Of a stretch of 64,000 nucleotides of DNA, positions 10,020-23,242 are shown in pieces. A program made the position numbers and the translations under genes. Under the pieces are notes generated by a model. The model did no database searches. It worked only from the letters and a program-made list of their open reading frames with translations, and was not told where the DNA came from. The stretch's first letter is position 1, and the number at the start of each line of letters is the position of its first letter. The DNA is from Malacoraja senta (lineage: Eukaryota). The DNA lies in the NCBI GenBank assembly GCA_038087875.1, contig JAXLNO010000456.1, positions 1-64,000 of the forward strand, written 5' to 3'.

Positions 10020-13000
10020 CATAGAAACATTGAAAATAGGTGCAGGAGGAGGCCATTCGGCCATTCGAGCCAGCACCACCATTCATTGTGATCATGGCTG
10101 ATCGTCCCCTATCAATAACCCGTGCCTGCCTTCTCCCCATATCCCTTGACTCCACTAGCCCCTAGAGCTCTATCTAACTCTCTCTTAAATCCATCCAGTG
10201 ACTTGGCCTCCACTGCCCTCTGTCGCAGGGAATTCCATAAATTCACAACTCTCTGGGTGAAAAGTTTTTTCTAACCTCAATCTTAAATGACCTCCCCCTT
10301 ATTCTAAGACTGTGGCCCCTGGTTCTGGACTCGCCCCACATTGGAAACATTTTTCCAGCATCTAGCTTGTACAGTCCTTTTATAATTGTATATGTTTCTA
10401 TAAGATCCCCCCCTCATCCTTCTAAACTCCAGTGAATACATGCCTAGTCTTTTCAATCTTTCCTCATATGACAGTCCCGCCATCCCAGGGATCAATCTCG
10501 TGAACCTACGCTGCACTGCCTCAATCACAAGGATGTCCTTCCTCAAATTAGGAGACCAAAACTGTACACAATACTCCAGATGTGGTCTCACCAGAGCCCT
10601 ATACAACTGCAGAAGAACCTCTTTACTCCTATACTGAAATCCTCTTGTTATGAAGGCCAACATTCCATTAGCTTTCTTCACTGTCTGTTGTTACTGTAAG
10701 CCAACTTTTAGTGACCGGTGTACAAGCACGCCCAGGTCCCGCTGCACCTCCCCGTTACCTAACCTAACCCCATTGAGATAATAATCTGCCCCCTTGTTTT
10801 TGCTGCCAAAGTGGATAAACTCACATTTATCCATATTATACTGCATCTGCCACGCATCTGCCCACTCACTCTACCTATCCAGGTCACCCTGCAACCTCCT
10901 AACATCCTCTTCACAGTTCACACTGCCACCCAGCTTTGTGTCATCTGCAAACTTCCTAGTGTTGTTTTTATTTCCCTCTTCCAAATCATTATAATATATA
11001 TATATATATGGTAAACAGTTGCGGCCCCAACACCGAGCCTTGCGGCACTCCACTCGCCACTGCCTGACATTCTGAAAAGGACCCGTTCACTCCTACACTT
11101 TGCTTTCGGTCTGCCAACCAATTTTCTATCTTTGTCAACACCCTACCCCCAATACCATGTGCTCTAATTTTAGTCACCAGTCTCCCGTGCGGGACCTTAT
11201 CAAAGGCTTTCTGAAAGTCTAGATACACTACATCCACTGGCACCCCTTCATCCATTTTACTTGTCACATCCTCAAAAAATTCCAGAAGATTAGTCAAGCA
11301 TGATTTCCCTTTCATAAATCCATGCTGACTTGGACTAATCCTTTTACTGCTATCCAAATGCCCCATTATTACCTATTTAATAATTGACTTCAGCATCTTT
11401 CCCACCACCAAGTCAAGTCAAGTGAGTTTATTGTCATGTGTCCCTGATAGGACAATGAAATTCTTGCTTTGCTTCAGCACAACAGAACATAGTAGGCATT
11501 GACTACAAGGCATTCAATAAATATATACACACATGAATCAATATACTGAAAAAGTGCAAATAACAGTATTGGCTAATTTAGTTCAGTGTTATGTCCGAGC
11601 CAGGTTTAATAGCCTGATGACTGTGGGGAAGTAGCTATTCCTGAACCTGGTCGTTGCAGTCTTCAGGCTCCTGTACCTTCTACCTGAAGGTAGTAGGGAG
11701 ATGAGTGTGTGGCCAGGATGGTGTGGGTCCTTGATGATACTGCCAGCCTTTTTGAGGCAGCGACTGTGATAGATCCCCTCGATGGAAGGGAGGTCAGAGC
11801 CGATGGTGGACTGGGCAGTGTTTACTACTTTTTGTAGTCTTTTCCTCTCCAGGGCGCTCAAGTTGCCGAACCAAGCCACGATGCAACCGGTCAGCATGCT
11901 CTCTACTGTGCACCTGTAGAAGTTAGAGAGAGTCCTCCTTGACAAACCGACTCTCCGTAATCTTCTCAGGAAGTAGAGGCGCTGATGTGCTTTCTTAACA
12001 ATGGCATCAGTGTTCTCGGACCAGGAAAGATCTTCAGAGATGTGCACACCCAGGAATTTGAAGCTCTTGACCCTTTCAACCATCAACCCGTTGATATAAA
12101 CGGGACTGTGGGTCCCCATCCTACTCCTTCCAAAGTCCACAATCAGTTCCTTGGTTTTGCTGGTGTTGAGGGCCAGGTTATTGTGCTGGCACCATATGCA
12201 CAGTTGCTCGATCTCTCTTCTATACTCTGACTCATCCCCATCAGTGATACATCCCACAACAGTGGTGTCGTCAGCGAACTTGATGATGGAGTTCGCACTA
12301 TGTCCGGCTACGCAGTCATGAGTATAGAGTGAGTACAGCAGGGGGCTGAGCACGCAGCCTTGAGGTGCTACCGTGCTAATTGTTATCGAGTCTGACACAT
12401 TTCCACCAATACGAACAGACTGTGGTCTGAGAGTGAGGAAGTCGAGGATCCAATTGCAGAAGGATGCGCAGAGACCCAGTTCTGCGAGTTTGGTAACCAG
12501 CTTGGAGGGGATGATTGTGTTAAATGCCGAGCTGTAATCGATGAATAACAGCCTGACATATGAGTTTTTGTTGTCCAAGTGGTCCAGAGCGGAGTGGAGG
12601 GCCAGCGAGATCGCATCCACCGTTGATCTGTTGTGGCGGTAAGCGAACTGCAGTGGGTCCAGGTTTTTGTCGAGGTAGGAGTTGATCTGCGTCATGATCA
12701 ACCTCTCAAAGCACTTCATCACCACAGGCGTTAGTGCCACAGGTCGATAGTCATTGAGGCACGTCACCTTACTCTTCTTGGGCACTGGTATAATTGATGC
12801 CCTTTTGAAGCAGGTGGGAACCTCAGACCTCAGAAGTGAGAGGTTGAAAATGTCCGTAAAAACTCCAGCCAGTTGGTCCGCACAGGTTTTTAGAACACGA
12901 CCAGGTATACCATCAGGTCCAGGCGCTTTTCGAGGGTTCACCCCTCTGAAGGATTTCCTGACGTCGGCCTCTGTGACTGAGACTGAAATACCATCACACC

Positions 13001-14698
13001 AAAGTCAGGCTAACTGGTCTGTAATTCCCCATTTTCTCTCTCACTCCTTTCTTGAAAAGTGGGATAACATTGGCTATCCTCCAATACACAGGAACTGATC
13101 CTGAATCTATTGAACATTGGAAAATGACCACCAATGCGTCCACTATTTCTAGAGCCACCTCCCTGAGGACCTTGGGATGCAGACCATCGGGCCCAGGGAT
13201 TTATCATCCTTCAGTCCCATTAGCCTACCCAATACTATTTCTCGCCTAATGAAAATTTCTTTCAGTTCCTCTACCCCCTTAGATCCTCTGTCCTCCAGTA
13301 CATCTGGGAGATTGTTTGTGTCTTCCTTAGTGAAGACAGATCCGATGTACCTATTCAACTCTTCTGCCATTTCCTTGTTGCCCATAATAATTTCACCAGT
13401 GTCTGCCTTCAAGGGACCCACATTTAACTTTGCTACTCTTTTTCCCTTAACATATCTAAAGAAGCTTTTACTGTCCTTCTTTATATTCCTGGCCAGCCCT
13501 TCGTACTTCATCTTTTCAGCCCGTATTGCCTGTTTTGTTTCCTTCTGATGTCCTATGAAAATTTCCCAATCATCTGGCTTCCGGCTACTCTTTGCTGTGT
13601 TATACATGTTTTTTTTTAGTTTTATTCTATCCCTAACTTCTGTTGTCAGCCACGGTTGCCTCCTACTCCCCTTAGAATCTTTCTTCCTTTTTGGAATGAA
13701 ATGATCCTGCATCTTCCGGATTATGCCCAGAAATTCCTGCCTTTGCTATTCCACCGTCATTCCTGCTAGGATCCCTTTCCAGTCTACCTTGGCCAGCTCC
13801 CCTCTCATGCCTTCATAGTCCCCTTTGTTCAACTGCATCACTGCCACTTCTGATTTAACGTTCTCCTTCTCAAATTGCAGATTAAAACTAATCATATTAT
13901 GATCACTACCTCCAAGCGGTTCCTTTACCTCGAGTTCTCTTAACATATCTGGTTCATTGGACAACACTAAATCCAGAATTGCCTTTTCTCTGGTCGGCTC
14001 CATTACAAGCTGCTCTAAGAATCCATCTGGGAAGCTTTCTACAAACTCTCTTTCTTGGGGTCCTGAACCAACCTGATTTTCCCAGTCTACCTGCATATTG
14101 AAATCCCCCATCTCCATAGTGGCATTACCTTTGTTACATGCCAGTTTTAACTCCTGCTGCAAATTACACCCTACATCCCCGCTACTATTTGGGGGTCTGA
14201 AGATAACACCAATTAGTGTCTTCTTGCCTTTACATTTCCTCAACTCAATCCACAGTGACACTAACTCGTCAGTCTCTATGTCTTCCCTCGCAAGGGACTG
14301 AATTCCATCCCTCACCAGCAGAGCTACCCTCCCCTCCTCTGCCCACCTGCCTGTCCTTTCTATAGGATGTATAACCCTGAATATGAAGTTACCAGGCCCG
14401 ATCCTCCTGCAGCCATGTATCAGTAATCCCCACAATGTCATATCTACCAACCTCTAATCGAGCCTCAAGCTCATCTACTTTACTTCTTATACTTCGCGCA
14501 TTCATATACAGTACTTTTAATTCCTTACGCATCTCACCTTTCACATCGATCCCTATTACACTTGGCCATACTCTCCTATCCCTTTGTGAGCTTCATTTCC
14601 CGTTAATTCTTGAGTCATTAACCATCGCTTTACTCTCTTTCCCTTTAACTCCGTCCTCGACTATCCCATTTGACACCCCACCCCCCTTGTTCAGTTTA
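10020..14698 (-). mobile_element. CR1 LINE (endonuclease + RT, frameshifted) interrupted by Rex1 insertion
   Basis: EN motifs (IFRPP, GDFN, LDLVL, GSDHN) 13746-14450; RT YLDFQKAFDKVPH, VPQGSVLGP, KFADD; the two halves join across 11410/12995. Confidence 0.92.
11410..12990 (-). mobile_element. Rex1/Babar LINE, 5'-truncated, intact 450-aa RT ORF 11589-12941
   Basis: [65 protein letters not shown]; (acttg)n tail. Confidence 0.92.
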
Positions 14699-15252
14699 AG
14701 GTATAATTATTTCAAGGTATAATTATCAAAAATTCTCTGCATGGGGGGAGGCGCTGCCTCATTTTACCGCCACCAGGGGCGCTGCCCACTGGATCCCCAT
14801 CTCTCTTCCTCTTTATTCAGTTTTTTTCCTGTCTCATGCCTGATCAGGAGATATGGGGAGAAAGCAGGACAGGGATACTGATTCTGGATGATCAGTCATG
14901 ATCGTATTGAATGGCGGTGCTGGCTCGAAGGGCTGAATGGCCTACTACTGCACCTATTATCTATGTTTTTATGTTCTCCCCGTGACCAGGGCGCCTTCTG
15001 CCCACATCTCCCAGACATGTTGGTTTGATTGGTTGCTGTAATTAAGCTGCTGAAGGCGGGTGATCTGTGAGTCGGTGGGAGTTAATGTGGACGTGAGGGC
15101 CATTGTGTTTCAGAGAAACGTGAGGAAATGAGATTAATGAGATTATTCTAAGGAACAGCATAGATATCGATGTGCCAAATGGTCACCTTCTACTTAACAA
15201 CGAAATAGAATACAGAAATATATTAGATCAATCTTCACCTTTCATTTGACAG

Positions 15253-15486
15253 GAGCAGTCACAAAGCCTCAAGTCTTACGTCACATCTCAGTTTGCTGAA
15301 CTGCACCAGATTCTCGTGAAGAAAGAGCAGCGCATTCTCGGAGAGATCAAGGAGGATGAGGAGCAGATTCTAAGTCGAATGGAGAAAAATCTTCAAGACA
15401 TTCAAGATAATTATAACTCTATTGAGGAGGAACTCTCAAATCTGCAGGGACGAATGGAACAAACAGACAGTGTGTTATTTCTGAAG
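15253..15486 (+). pseudogene. TRIM-A exon 3 (234 nt coiled-coil)
   Basis: gacag|GAG CAG TCA CAA...QFAELHQILVKKEQRILGEI...VLFLK|gtcag; same size and phase as TRIM-B exon 3. Confidence 0.88.
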
Positions 15487-15724
15487 GTCAGGGGATATGT
15501 TTCAATCTCGTTCAATGAAACTGCAGTCCCAACATTGGGAGTGATATATTTACGAAAATGCAACTTTTATCAATTCCTATGTTTATCCAACATCCCTCAT
15601 ACAAACAGGCTCTGCTATCTCCTAATTCATAGTAGACGAATTGGAGCATTCGGCCCATTAAGTCTACTCCGCCATTCAATCATGGCTGATCTTGCTAATC
15701 CTCTCAACTCCATTATCCTGCCTT

Positions 15725-16170
15725 CTCCCCAGGGCCTGATGGTCTGCATCCCAGGGTACTTAAGGAAGTGGCTCTAGAAATCGTGGGGGCATTGGTGATA
15801 ATTTTCCAATGTTATATAGTTTCAGGATCAGATCCTGTGGATTGGAAGGAGGGAGAGAGAAAACAGGGAGTTATAGACCAGTTAGCCTGACATCCGTTGT
15901 GGGGAAGATGCTGGAGTCAATTATAAAAGATGAAATAGTGGCACATTTGGATAGCAGTAACAGGATCGGTCCGAATGCGCATGGATTTACGGTGGAAATC
16001 ATGCTTGACTACTCTTCTGGAATTTTTTGAGGATGTAACAGGGAAAATGGACATGGGAGAGCCAGTGGATGTAGTGTACCTGGACTTTCAGAAAGCCTTT
16101 AAGGTCCCACATGGGAGATTTGTGGGCAAAATTAGAGCACATAGTATTGGGGTTAGTCTACTGACATGGA
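15725..16170 (+). mobile_element. CR1 RT internal fragment
   Basis: YRPVSLTSVVGKMLE, VDVVYLDFQKAF. Confidence 0.8.
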
Positions 16171-16319
16171 CAGTGAATGTGAGTTGAGGGCGAATGAGTG
16201 GGAATTAATGGGCACGTGACATGGAATAATGTACAAGGAATTGGATTGTGGGAATAGAAAGGAAGGTAATCCGGATTACTTTCACAACATTCCAGTAGCT
16301 TTCAGACAAGCCCTTGGGT

Positions 16320-18440
16320 TAAACATAGAAACATAGAAAATAGGTGCAGAGGGAGGCCATTCGGCCCTTCGAGCCAGCACCGCCATTCATTGTGATCATG
16401 GCTGATCATCCCCAGTCTATAACCCGTGCCTACCTTCTCCCCATATCCCTTGATTCCACTAGCCCCTAGAATTCTATCTAACTCTCTCTTAAATCCATCC
16501 AGTGATTTGGCCTCCACTGCCCTCTGTGGCAGTGAATTCCACAAATTCACAACTCTGGGTGAAAAAGTTTTTTCGCACCTCAGTCTTAAATGGCCTTCCC
16601 TCTATTCCATGACTGTGGCCCCTGGTTCTGGACTCGCCCAACATTGGGAAAATGTTTCCTGCATCTAGCTTGTCCAGTCCTTTTATAATTGTTTATGTTT
16701 CTATAAGATGCCCCCTCATCCTTCTAAACTCCAGTGAATACAAGCCTAGTCTTTTCAATCTTTCCTCATTTGACAGTCCCGCCATCCCAGGGATCAATCT
16801 CGTGAACCTACGCTGCACTGCCTCAATCACAAGGATGTCCTTCCTCAAATTAGGAGACCAAAACTGTACACAATACTCCAGATGAGGTCTCACCAGAGCC
16901 CGATACAACTGCAAAAGAACCTCTTTACTCCTATACTGAAATCCTCTTGTTATGAAGGCCAACATTCCATTAGCTTTCATCACTGCCTGCTGTACCTGTA
17001 AGCCAACTTTTAGTGACCGGTGTACAAGACCGGTCTCGCTGCACCTCCCCCTTACCTAACCTAACCCCATTGAGATAATAATCTGCCCCCTTGTTTTTGC
17101 TGCCAAAGTGGATAAACTCACATTTATCCATATTATACTGCATCTGCCACGCATCTGCCCACTCAACCTGTCCAGGTCACCCTGCAACCTCCTAACATCC
17201 TCTTCACAGTTCGCACTGCCACCCAGCTTTGTGTCATCTGTAAACTTCCTAGTGTTGTTTTTAATTCCCTCTTCCAAATCATTATTATATATATATATAT
17301 GGTAAACAGTTGCGGCCCCAACACCGAGCCTTGCGGCACTCCACTCGCCACTGCCTGCCATTCTGAAAAGGACCCGTTCACTCCTACACTTTGCTTCCTG
17401 TCTGTCAACCAATTCACTATTCATATCAACACCCTACCCCCAATACCATGTGCTCTAATTTTAGTCACCAGTCTCCCATGCGGGAACTTATCAAAGGCTT
17501 TCTGAAAGTCTAGATACACTACATCCACTGGCTCCCCTTCATCCATTTTGTGTGTCACGTCCTCAAAAAATTCCAGTCCTTTAGTCAAGCATGATTTCCC
17601 TTTCATAAATCCATGTTGACGGATTAATCCTTTTACTGCTATCCAAATGACCCATTATTAACTCTTTAATAATTGACTCCAGCATCTTTCCCACCACCGA
17701 AGTCAGGCTAACTGGTCTGTAATTCCCCGTTTTCTCTCTCGCTCCTTTCTTGAAAAGTGGGACAACATTAGCTATCCTCCAATCCACAGGAACTGACCCT
17801 GAATCTATTGAACATTACAAAATGATCACCAATGCGTCCACTATTTCTAGAGCCACCTCCCTGAGGACCCTGGGATGCAGACCATCAGGCCCAGGGGATT
17901 TATCATCATTCAGTCCCATTAGCCTACCCAATGCTATTTCTCGCCTAATGAAAATTTCTTTCAGTTCCTCGACCCCCTTTGATCCTCTGTCCTCCAGTAC
18001 TTCTGGGAGATTGTTTGTGTCTTCCTCAGTGAAGACAGATCCGAAGTACCTGTTCAACTATTCTGCCATTTCCTTGTTCCCCATAATAATTTCACCCGTG
18101 TCTGCCTTCAAGGGACCCACATTTGACTTTGCTAACCTTTTTCCCTTAACATATCTAAAGAAGCTTTTACTGTCCTTCTTTATATTCCTGGCCAGCTTCC
18201 CTTCGTACTTCATCTTTTCAGCCCGTATTGCTCGTTTTGTTTCCTTCTGTTGTCCTATGAAAGTTTCCCAATCCTCTGGCTTCTGGCTACTCTTTGCTGT
18301 GTTATACATCTTTTCTTTTAGTTTTATTCTATCCCTAACTTCTCTTGTCAGCCACGGTTGCCTCCTACTCCACTTAGAAACTTTCTTCCTTTTTGGAATA
18401 AAATGATCCTTTTGGAATGAAATGATCCTTTTGGAATGAA
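16320..18440 (-). mobile_element. CR1 LINE, 5'-truncated, frameshifted
   Basis: RT motifs, 3' UTR and (tttctatg)n tail; highly similar to 10020-13720; short tandem duplication (ttttggaatgaaatgatcc) at the 5' junction. Confidence 0.92.
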
Positions 18441-18650
18441 ATGAATTTCCAGGATAATGAAAGCTACGGATTAAATGCAAGCAAATGGGAACGGTGCAGG
18501 TAGGTACAGTGGCAATCATGGGCATTGTGGGCAGAAGGGCCTTTGCCTACACTCCAGGTATCGAGGGTGGTTTGCCTATGTGACCTTCCATTTCGTGAAG
18601 ATTTGCAGGAGAATGACTTAATATATTGATCTCCACCTTTCATCTGACGG

Positions 18651-18740
18651 GATCAGTCACACAACAACTTTCAGTCACAGATCACAACCCAGTTTGCTGA
18701 ACTGCACCAGATTCTCTCTAAGAAAGAGCAGCGCTTACTC
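18651..18740 (+). pseudogene. Truncated paralogous copy of TRIM exon 3
   Basis: QITTQFAELHQILSKKEQRLL matches exon 3; upstream intron also matches 15220-15252 but the acceptor reads gacgg; cut off by a Penelope-type fragment. Confidence 0.75.
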
Positions 18741-18840
18741 GTTCCTTCTCTCCAGAAATGCTGCCTGACTCGCTGAGTTACTCCAGAATTTTGTGTCTAC
18801 CTTTGATTTAAACCATCATCTGCAGTTCTTTCCTCCACAC
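18741..18840 (+). mobile_element. Penelope-type terminal repeat fragment
   Basis: ttccttctctccagaaatgctgcctgactcgctgagttactccag..aaaccatcatctgcagttc. Confidence 0.55.
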
Positions 18841-19319
18841 TTATTCTCTCTCTATTTGTCGCTTTGATCTCAGAGGGACCCATTCTCTCCCGAGTTATTC
18901 TTTTGCTATTAATATACTTGTTGTATCTCTGGGGATTCTCTTGTTTGTCGTGACTAATGACTCTGTTTTGTTCTGCTGATTTTCCTTTTAATTTACTCCT
19001 GCAAGTTTTTACACTGCAAAACAAATTGCTTGATGACAGCAACCTGTACCCGACCAGTGCGTCACACCCTTTGTGGTTCCCTCATCCTGATACGTGATCT
19101 TACGTTACATTACCGTCTGCATCGACCAGACCTGTGACTGCAAATTCCACATTCTGATCACTGAATTTCTGACAGGATTTGCTCCAGGCCACTTTGCATT
19201 TTACATTTGTGTTTTGGTATCTGCAGAACCGGTGATACATTCTCCATCCACACCCAATCTAATCCATCATTAATCTTAACTTCCTCCAACCAATCATGAT
19301 TAACAGCTTATTGTTGGTT

Positions 19320-19760
19320 AACATATGATAAGAGTTTTTCGGCACTGGGCCTGTACTCGCTGGAGTTTAGAAAAAATAAGCGGGGACATCTTTGAAATTG
19401 ACCGAAGAGTGAAAAGCATGGATAGAGTGGATGTGGAGAGGATGTTTCCACTAGCGGGAGAGTCTAGGACAAGAGGTCATAGCCTCAGAATTAAAGGACG
19501 TTCCTTTAAGACGATGAGGAGAAATTTTAGTCAGAGGGTGGTGAATCTGTGGAATTCTTTGCCACAGTTGGCTCTGGAGGCCGAGTCAGTGGCTATTTTT
19601 AAGGCAGATATATATAGAATCTTGATTAGTATGGGTGTCAGAGGTTATGTGGAGAAGGCAGGAGAATTGGGTTAGGAGGGAGAGATACGTCAGCCATGAT
19701 TGAATAGTGGAGTAGTCTTGATGGGCTGAATGGTCTAATTCTACTCCTAACACTTATGAC
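19320..19760 (+). mobile_element. Older CR1 3' fragment
   Basis: [32 protein letters not shown]. Confidence 0.8.
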
Positions 19761-19975
19761 ATTATTCAGCAGAAAATTCACAACACTTCCAGACTTTCCT
19801 GCACATTGCCTCCTCTGAGTTATAGCATAATTTTCACAAACATTTAACAACCCTCCTGTATTGGTTCCATCAATGTAATGTGACAACGTGAGCACGAGTC
19901 AGAAAATGGTAATTTTCAACTATAACTTGGGTGAATTGCTGTTCCCTCAGTCAATTTCTGCTTTATTAATTTCAG

Positions 19976-19998
19976 GAGGAAGCTGGTCGCAAGAGTAG
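19976..19998 (+). pseudogene. TRIM-A exon 4 (23 nt)
   Basis: ttcag|GAGGAAGCTGGTCGCAAGAGTAG|gtac; 23-nt micro-exon homologous to 46664-46686. Confidence 0.82.
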
Positions 19999-20093
19999 GT
20001 ACGACATGCTCTTCAGTTAAACTCTGCACGGATCTGTAAGGTCACATTAACATGTCGACGTGCAGATTATAACCGGTTATTTAATATTTGCAG

Positions 20094-20212
20094 AATTATT
20101 GATGAATCCCAGACATTGTCACTGAGAGATGGTGCCATACTGGATGAAAAATTTAATCACCTCTTCTGGTTGAACGCAGTGTTGAGAGAACCCATTGTTG
20201 CGATTCACCAAG
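20094..20212 (+). pseudogene. TRIM-A exon 5 (119 nt linker)
   Basis: tgcag|A ATT ATT GAT GAA...EKFNHLFWLNAVLRE...CAA G|gtaaaa; homologous to 46787-46905. Confidence 0.82.
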
Positions 20213-20639
20213 GTAAAACATATGGATTCCTCACTTCTTATGTGGGTAACATATTTAAGTTGTAAATAGATGCAAAGATTGACCGTAATGATGAACTGAA
20301 GGGGAACTAAAGTTTTATACCAGCACCAATCTCACCTATTGAGAAGTTTCACAGTCAAGTGGTCAGCTGTATATGTCAGAACCCTGAACACGTCCAACAC
20401 AGGAGCACAATACAACCAAGACACAGACTGCTTAATGAACTAAAACATCTTAACCCCATCCACACCGCAGATACACGCCACGATACGAGTTTGAATTCTA
20501 CCAGGTAGCCAGCAAAGTAAACTTGACTTAATTAAATCAGAGATTTTGAAAACATGTAGGAATTTGATGACCAAGGTTGTCATAAAAAACGCAGGTTCCA
20601 TCAGAGAAGGATATATGTGTCACTGATCCTGCTTGACAC

Positions 20640-21025
20640 ACGGGGGGATCTTATAGAAACTTACAAAATTCTTCAGGGGTTGGACAGGATAGGTGCAGGA
20701 AGATTGTTCCCGGTGTTGGGGAAGTCCAGAACAAGGGGTCACAGTTTAAGGATAAGGGGGAAGGAAGTCTTTTATGAGAAAAACATTGTTCACACAGAGA
20801 GTGGTGAATCTGTGGAATTCTCTGCCACAGAAGGTAGTTGAGGCCAGTTCATCGGCTATATTTAAGAGGGAGTTAGATGTGGCCCTTGTGGCTAAAGGGA
20901 TCAGGGGGTATGGAGAGAAGGCAGGTACAGGATGCTGATTTGGATGATCAGCCATGATCATATTGAATGGCGGTGCAGGCTCGAAGGGCCGAATGACCTA
21001 CTCCAGCACCTATTTTCTATGTTTC
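20640..21025 (+). mobile_element. CR1 3' fragment
   Basis: RGDLIETYKIL..SRTRGHSLRIRG, CR1 3' UTR and tail. Confidence 0.88.
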
Positions 21026-21299
21026 AATATCAGTGACGACTCACTATGGTTAACTCAGGTCTGCCCCCTGCTGGGGATACGGACTTCATTGTTAGTAACA
21101 TCACCACCACATTGAAGCTTTGTCTGAATGAGTCGAGTCAGGCAAACTAGCATTGACCTCTGCCAGGGATTTCGTCTCGGACGAAAACACCCAGCTACTT
21201 GTTCAGTTGATTTATAATGGAGTTAACAAAATCTAGTAAAAATTTGTCCCAAAAAATTCATCTGCGTCGAATTGGTAGTAAAGAAAGCAGTCAAGAGGG

Positions 21300-21890
21300 C
21301 TTGTGCTCAAAAACCTGAATGTAATTCTGAGGCTCCATAAGGCGCTGGTAAGATCGCATTTGGAATACTGTGAGCAGTTTTGGACACCATACCTGATGAA
21401 GGGTGTGCTGGCTCTGGAGAAGGGCCTGAGGAGGTTTACAATAATGATCCCAGGTGTGAGTAGGTTAACCTATGATGATATTTTATCGGCACTGGGTCTG
21501 TGCTCGTAGGAGTTTAGAAGAATGAGGGGGGACCTCTTTGAAACATACAGAATAGTAAATGCTTGTATAGAGTGGATGTGGAGCGGATGTTTCCACAAAT
21601 GGGAGAGTTTAGGACTAGAGGTCATAGCCTCAGAATTAAAGGACTTTCTTTTAGGAAGGAGATGAGGAGAAATTTCTTTAGTCAGAGGGTGGTCAACTTT
21701 GCCACAGAAAGCTATGGAGCCCAAGTCAGTGGATATTTTAAAGTAGAGATAGATGGATTCTTGATTAGTACGCGTATCAGAGGTTTTGGGGAGAAGGCAT
21801 GAGAATCGGTTTAGAGGGAGAGATAGGTCAGCCATTATTGAATTGATGGGCCGAACGGCCTAATTCTACTCCTTTCACTTCTGATATGAC
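21300..21890 (+). mobile_element. Older CR1 3' fragment (paralogous to 35200-35800 and 59310-59890)
   Basis: RSHLEYCEQFWTPYL, RTRGHSLRIKG; shared flanks. Confidence 0.8.
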
Positions 21891-22159
21891 CTTATAAGTA
21901 TTGAAATGTGGTATCAATGAGCTGACCAGCATTGTTATCAAAATTTATGTGCGATCTTCAGAGAGGGAAATCTGACTTCCGGTAGCGCCATGGAACACTA
22001 AGGGCGCTGCATTGAGCTCCTCTCCCGTAAAATCGCTAAAAAGCCGTTTTAAAGTCGGGACCGACTCTAAAAATAACTCACCGGAGCGGCTTGGTGTCGC
22101 ATAAGGGTGACATCATCAGAAAACGACGCTAAAATCGCAGTAAAAATCAGGACTTTTAA

Positions 22160-23242
22160 ATGAGAAGAGAGAAAAGCTCACGAGCACCCAAGAAACCTAC
22201 TATAAGTCTCCAGCTTGAAAAAGTTTTGGATACTCTGCAAACAACAGAAGAAGGCTCAGAAGAAGAGTCTTACAGCCAAGGAGCTGTGCTGGAAATGGCT
22301 GCAAAAGGAGAAAAGAAGGAGAAGGAGGTAAAGCAAATGCTTTTAGATATGACTGTTATAATTAATACAACACTGGAAAAGATGCAGAGTATGGAGACTA
22401 AGAGGCAGAGTATGGATACCAATATGGAGATATTCTCTCATAAAATTGATGGTGCTTGTGCTGAGTTAAAGGAGCTGAAGAAGCAACATAATGAGGTTGA
22501 TAAAAAACTTAAATCAGAATTTGTTAGAATCGAAAATGATTATAATTAGAAATTTATTGGTGTAAATGCTAAGATGGGCGACATTGATGAGAGAATGGAA
22601 GAGATGGAAAATGATATGAAAGAGATGATTACGGAAATAAATAGTTTGAAAAAATCAAAGAAAGCTGAAGAAGAAAAACTTGCAAGGATGACTGACAAAT
22701 GTTTGGACTTGGAAGTGAGATCGAGAAGGCAGAATTTGAGAATTGTTGGAGTAAGAGAAGGGCGAGAAGGACATGTATCTCAAACACGTACTTTCGTTGC
22801 TGACTTACTCAAAGATGTTTTTAAACTGCCGGAAGAATTAAGAATAGATATTGTTCACCGAGTTGGACGTGTCTCAAGAGGCATAAATGCTGCTCCAAAA
22901 CGGATAATTGTGAAATTTCTCGATATTTCTTCAGTGGAATTTATACTGAATAAGATTGTTCATGGGGAGAATTTGACATATCGTGGGGATAATATTCAAT
23001 TTTTCTGTGATTATCCTCCGGAGGTCATCCAGAGAAGGAACTTGTTTACACAGACAAGAAACATACTGAGAGGAATATCCAAGGTCAGATATGGGGTGGT
23101 CTTCCCAGCAAAAATGAAAATTACTTATAACGGAACTGAGCGCTCATTTATGGATCCCGAAAAAGCATTTAAGTATGCAGAAGATATCGTGAGAAAAGCA
23201 TCGAAAACATCGGGAGAAGATGTCGAAGAGGAGGAACATTGA
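22160..23242 (+). pseudogene. L1 ORF1 (coiled-coil + RRM/CTD), one in-frame TAG at 22547-22549
   Basis: DLEVRSRRQNLRIVGVREG, IDIVHRV, FFCDYPPEVIQRR, YGVVFPAKMKI. Confidence 0.88.
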
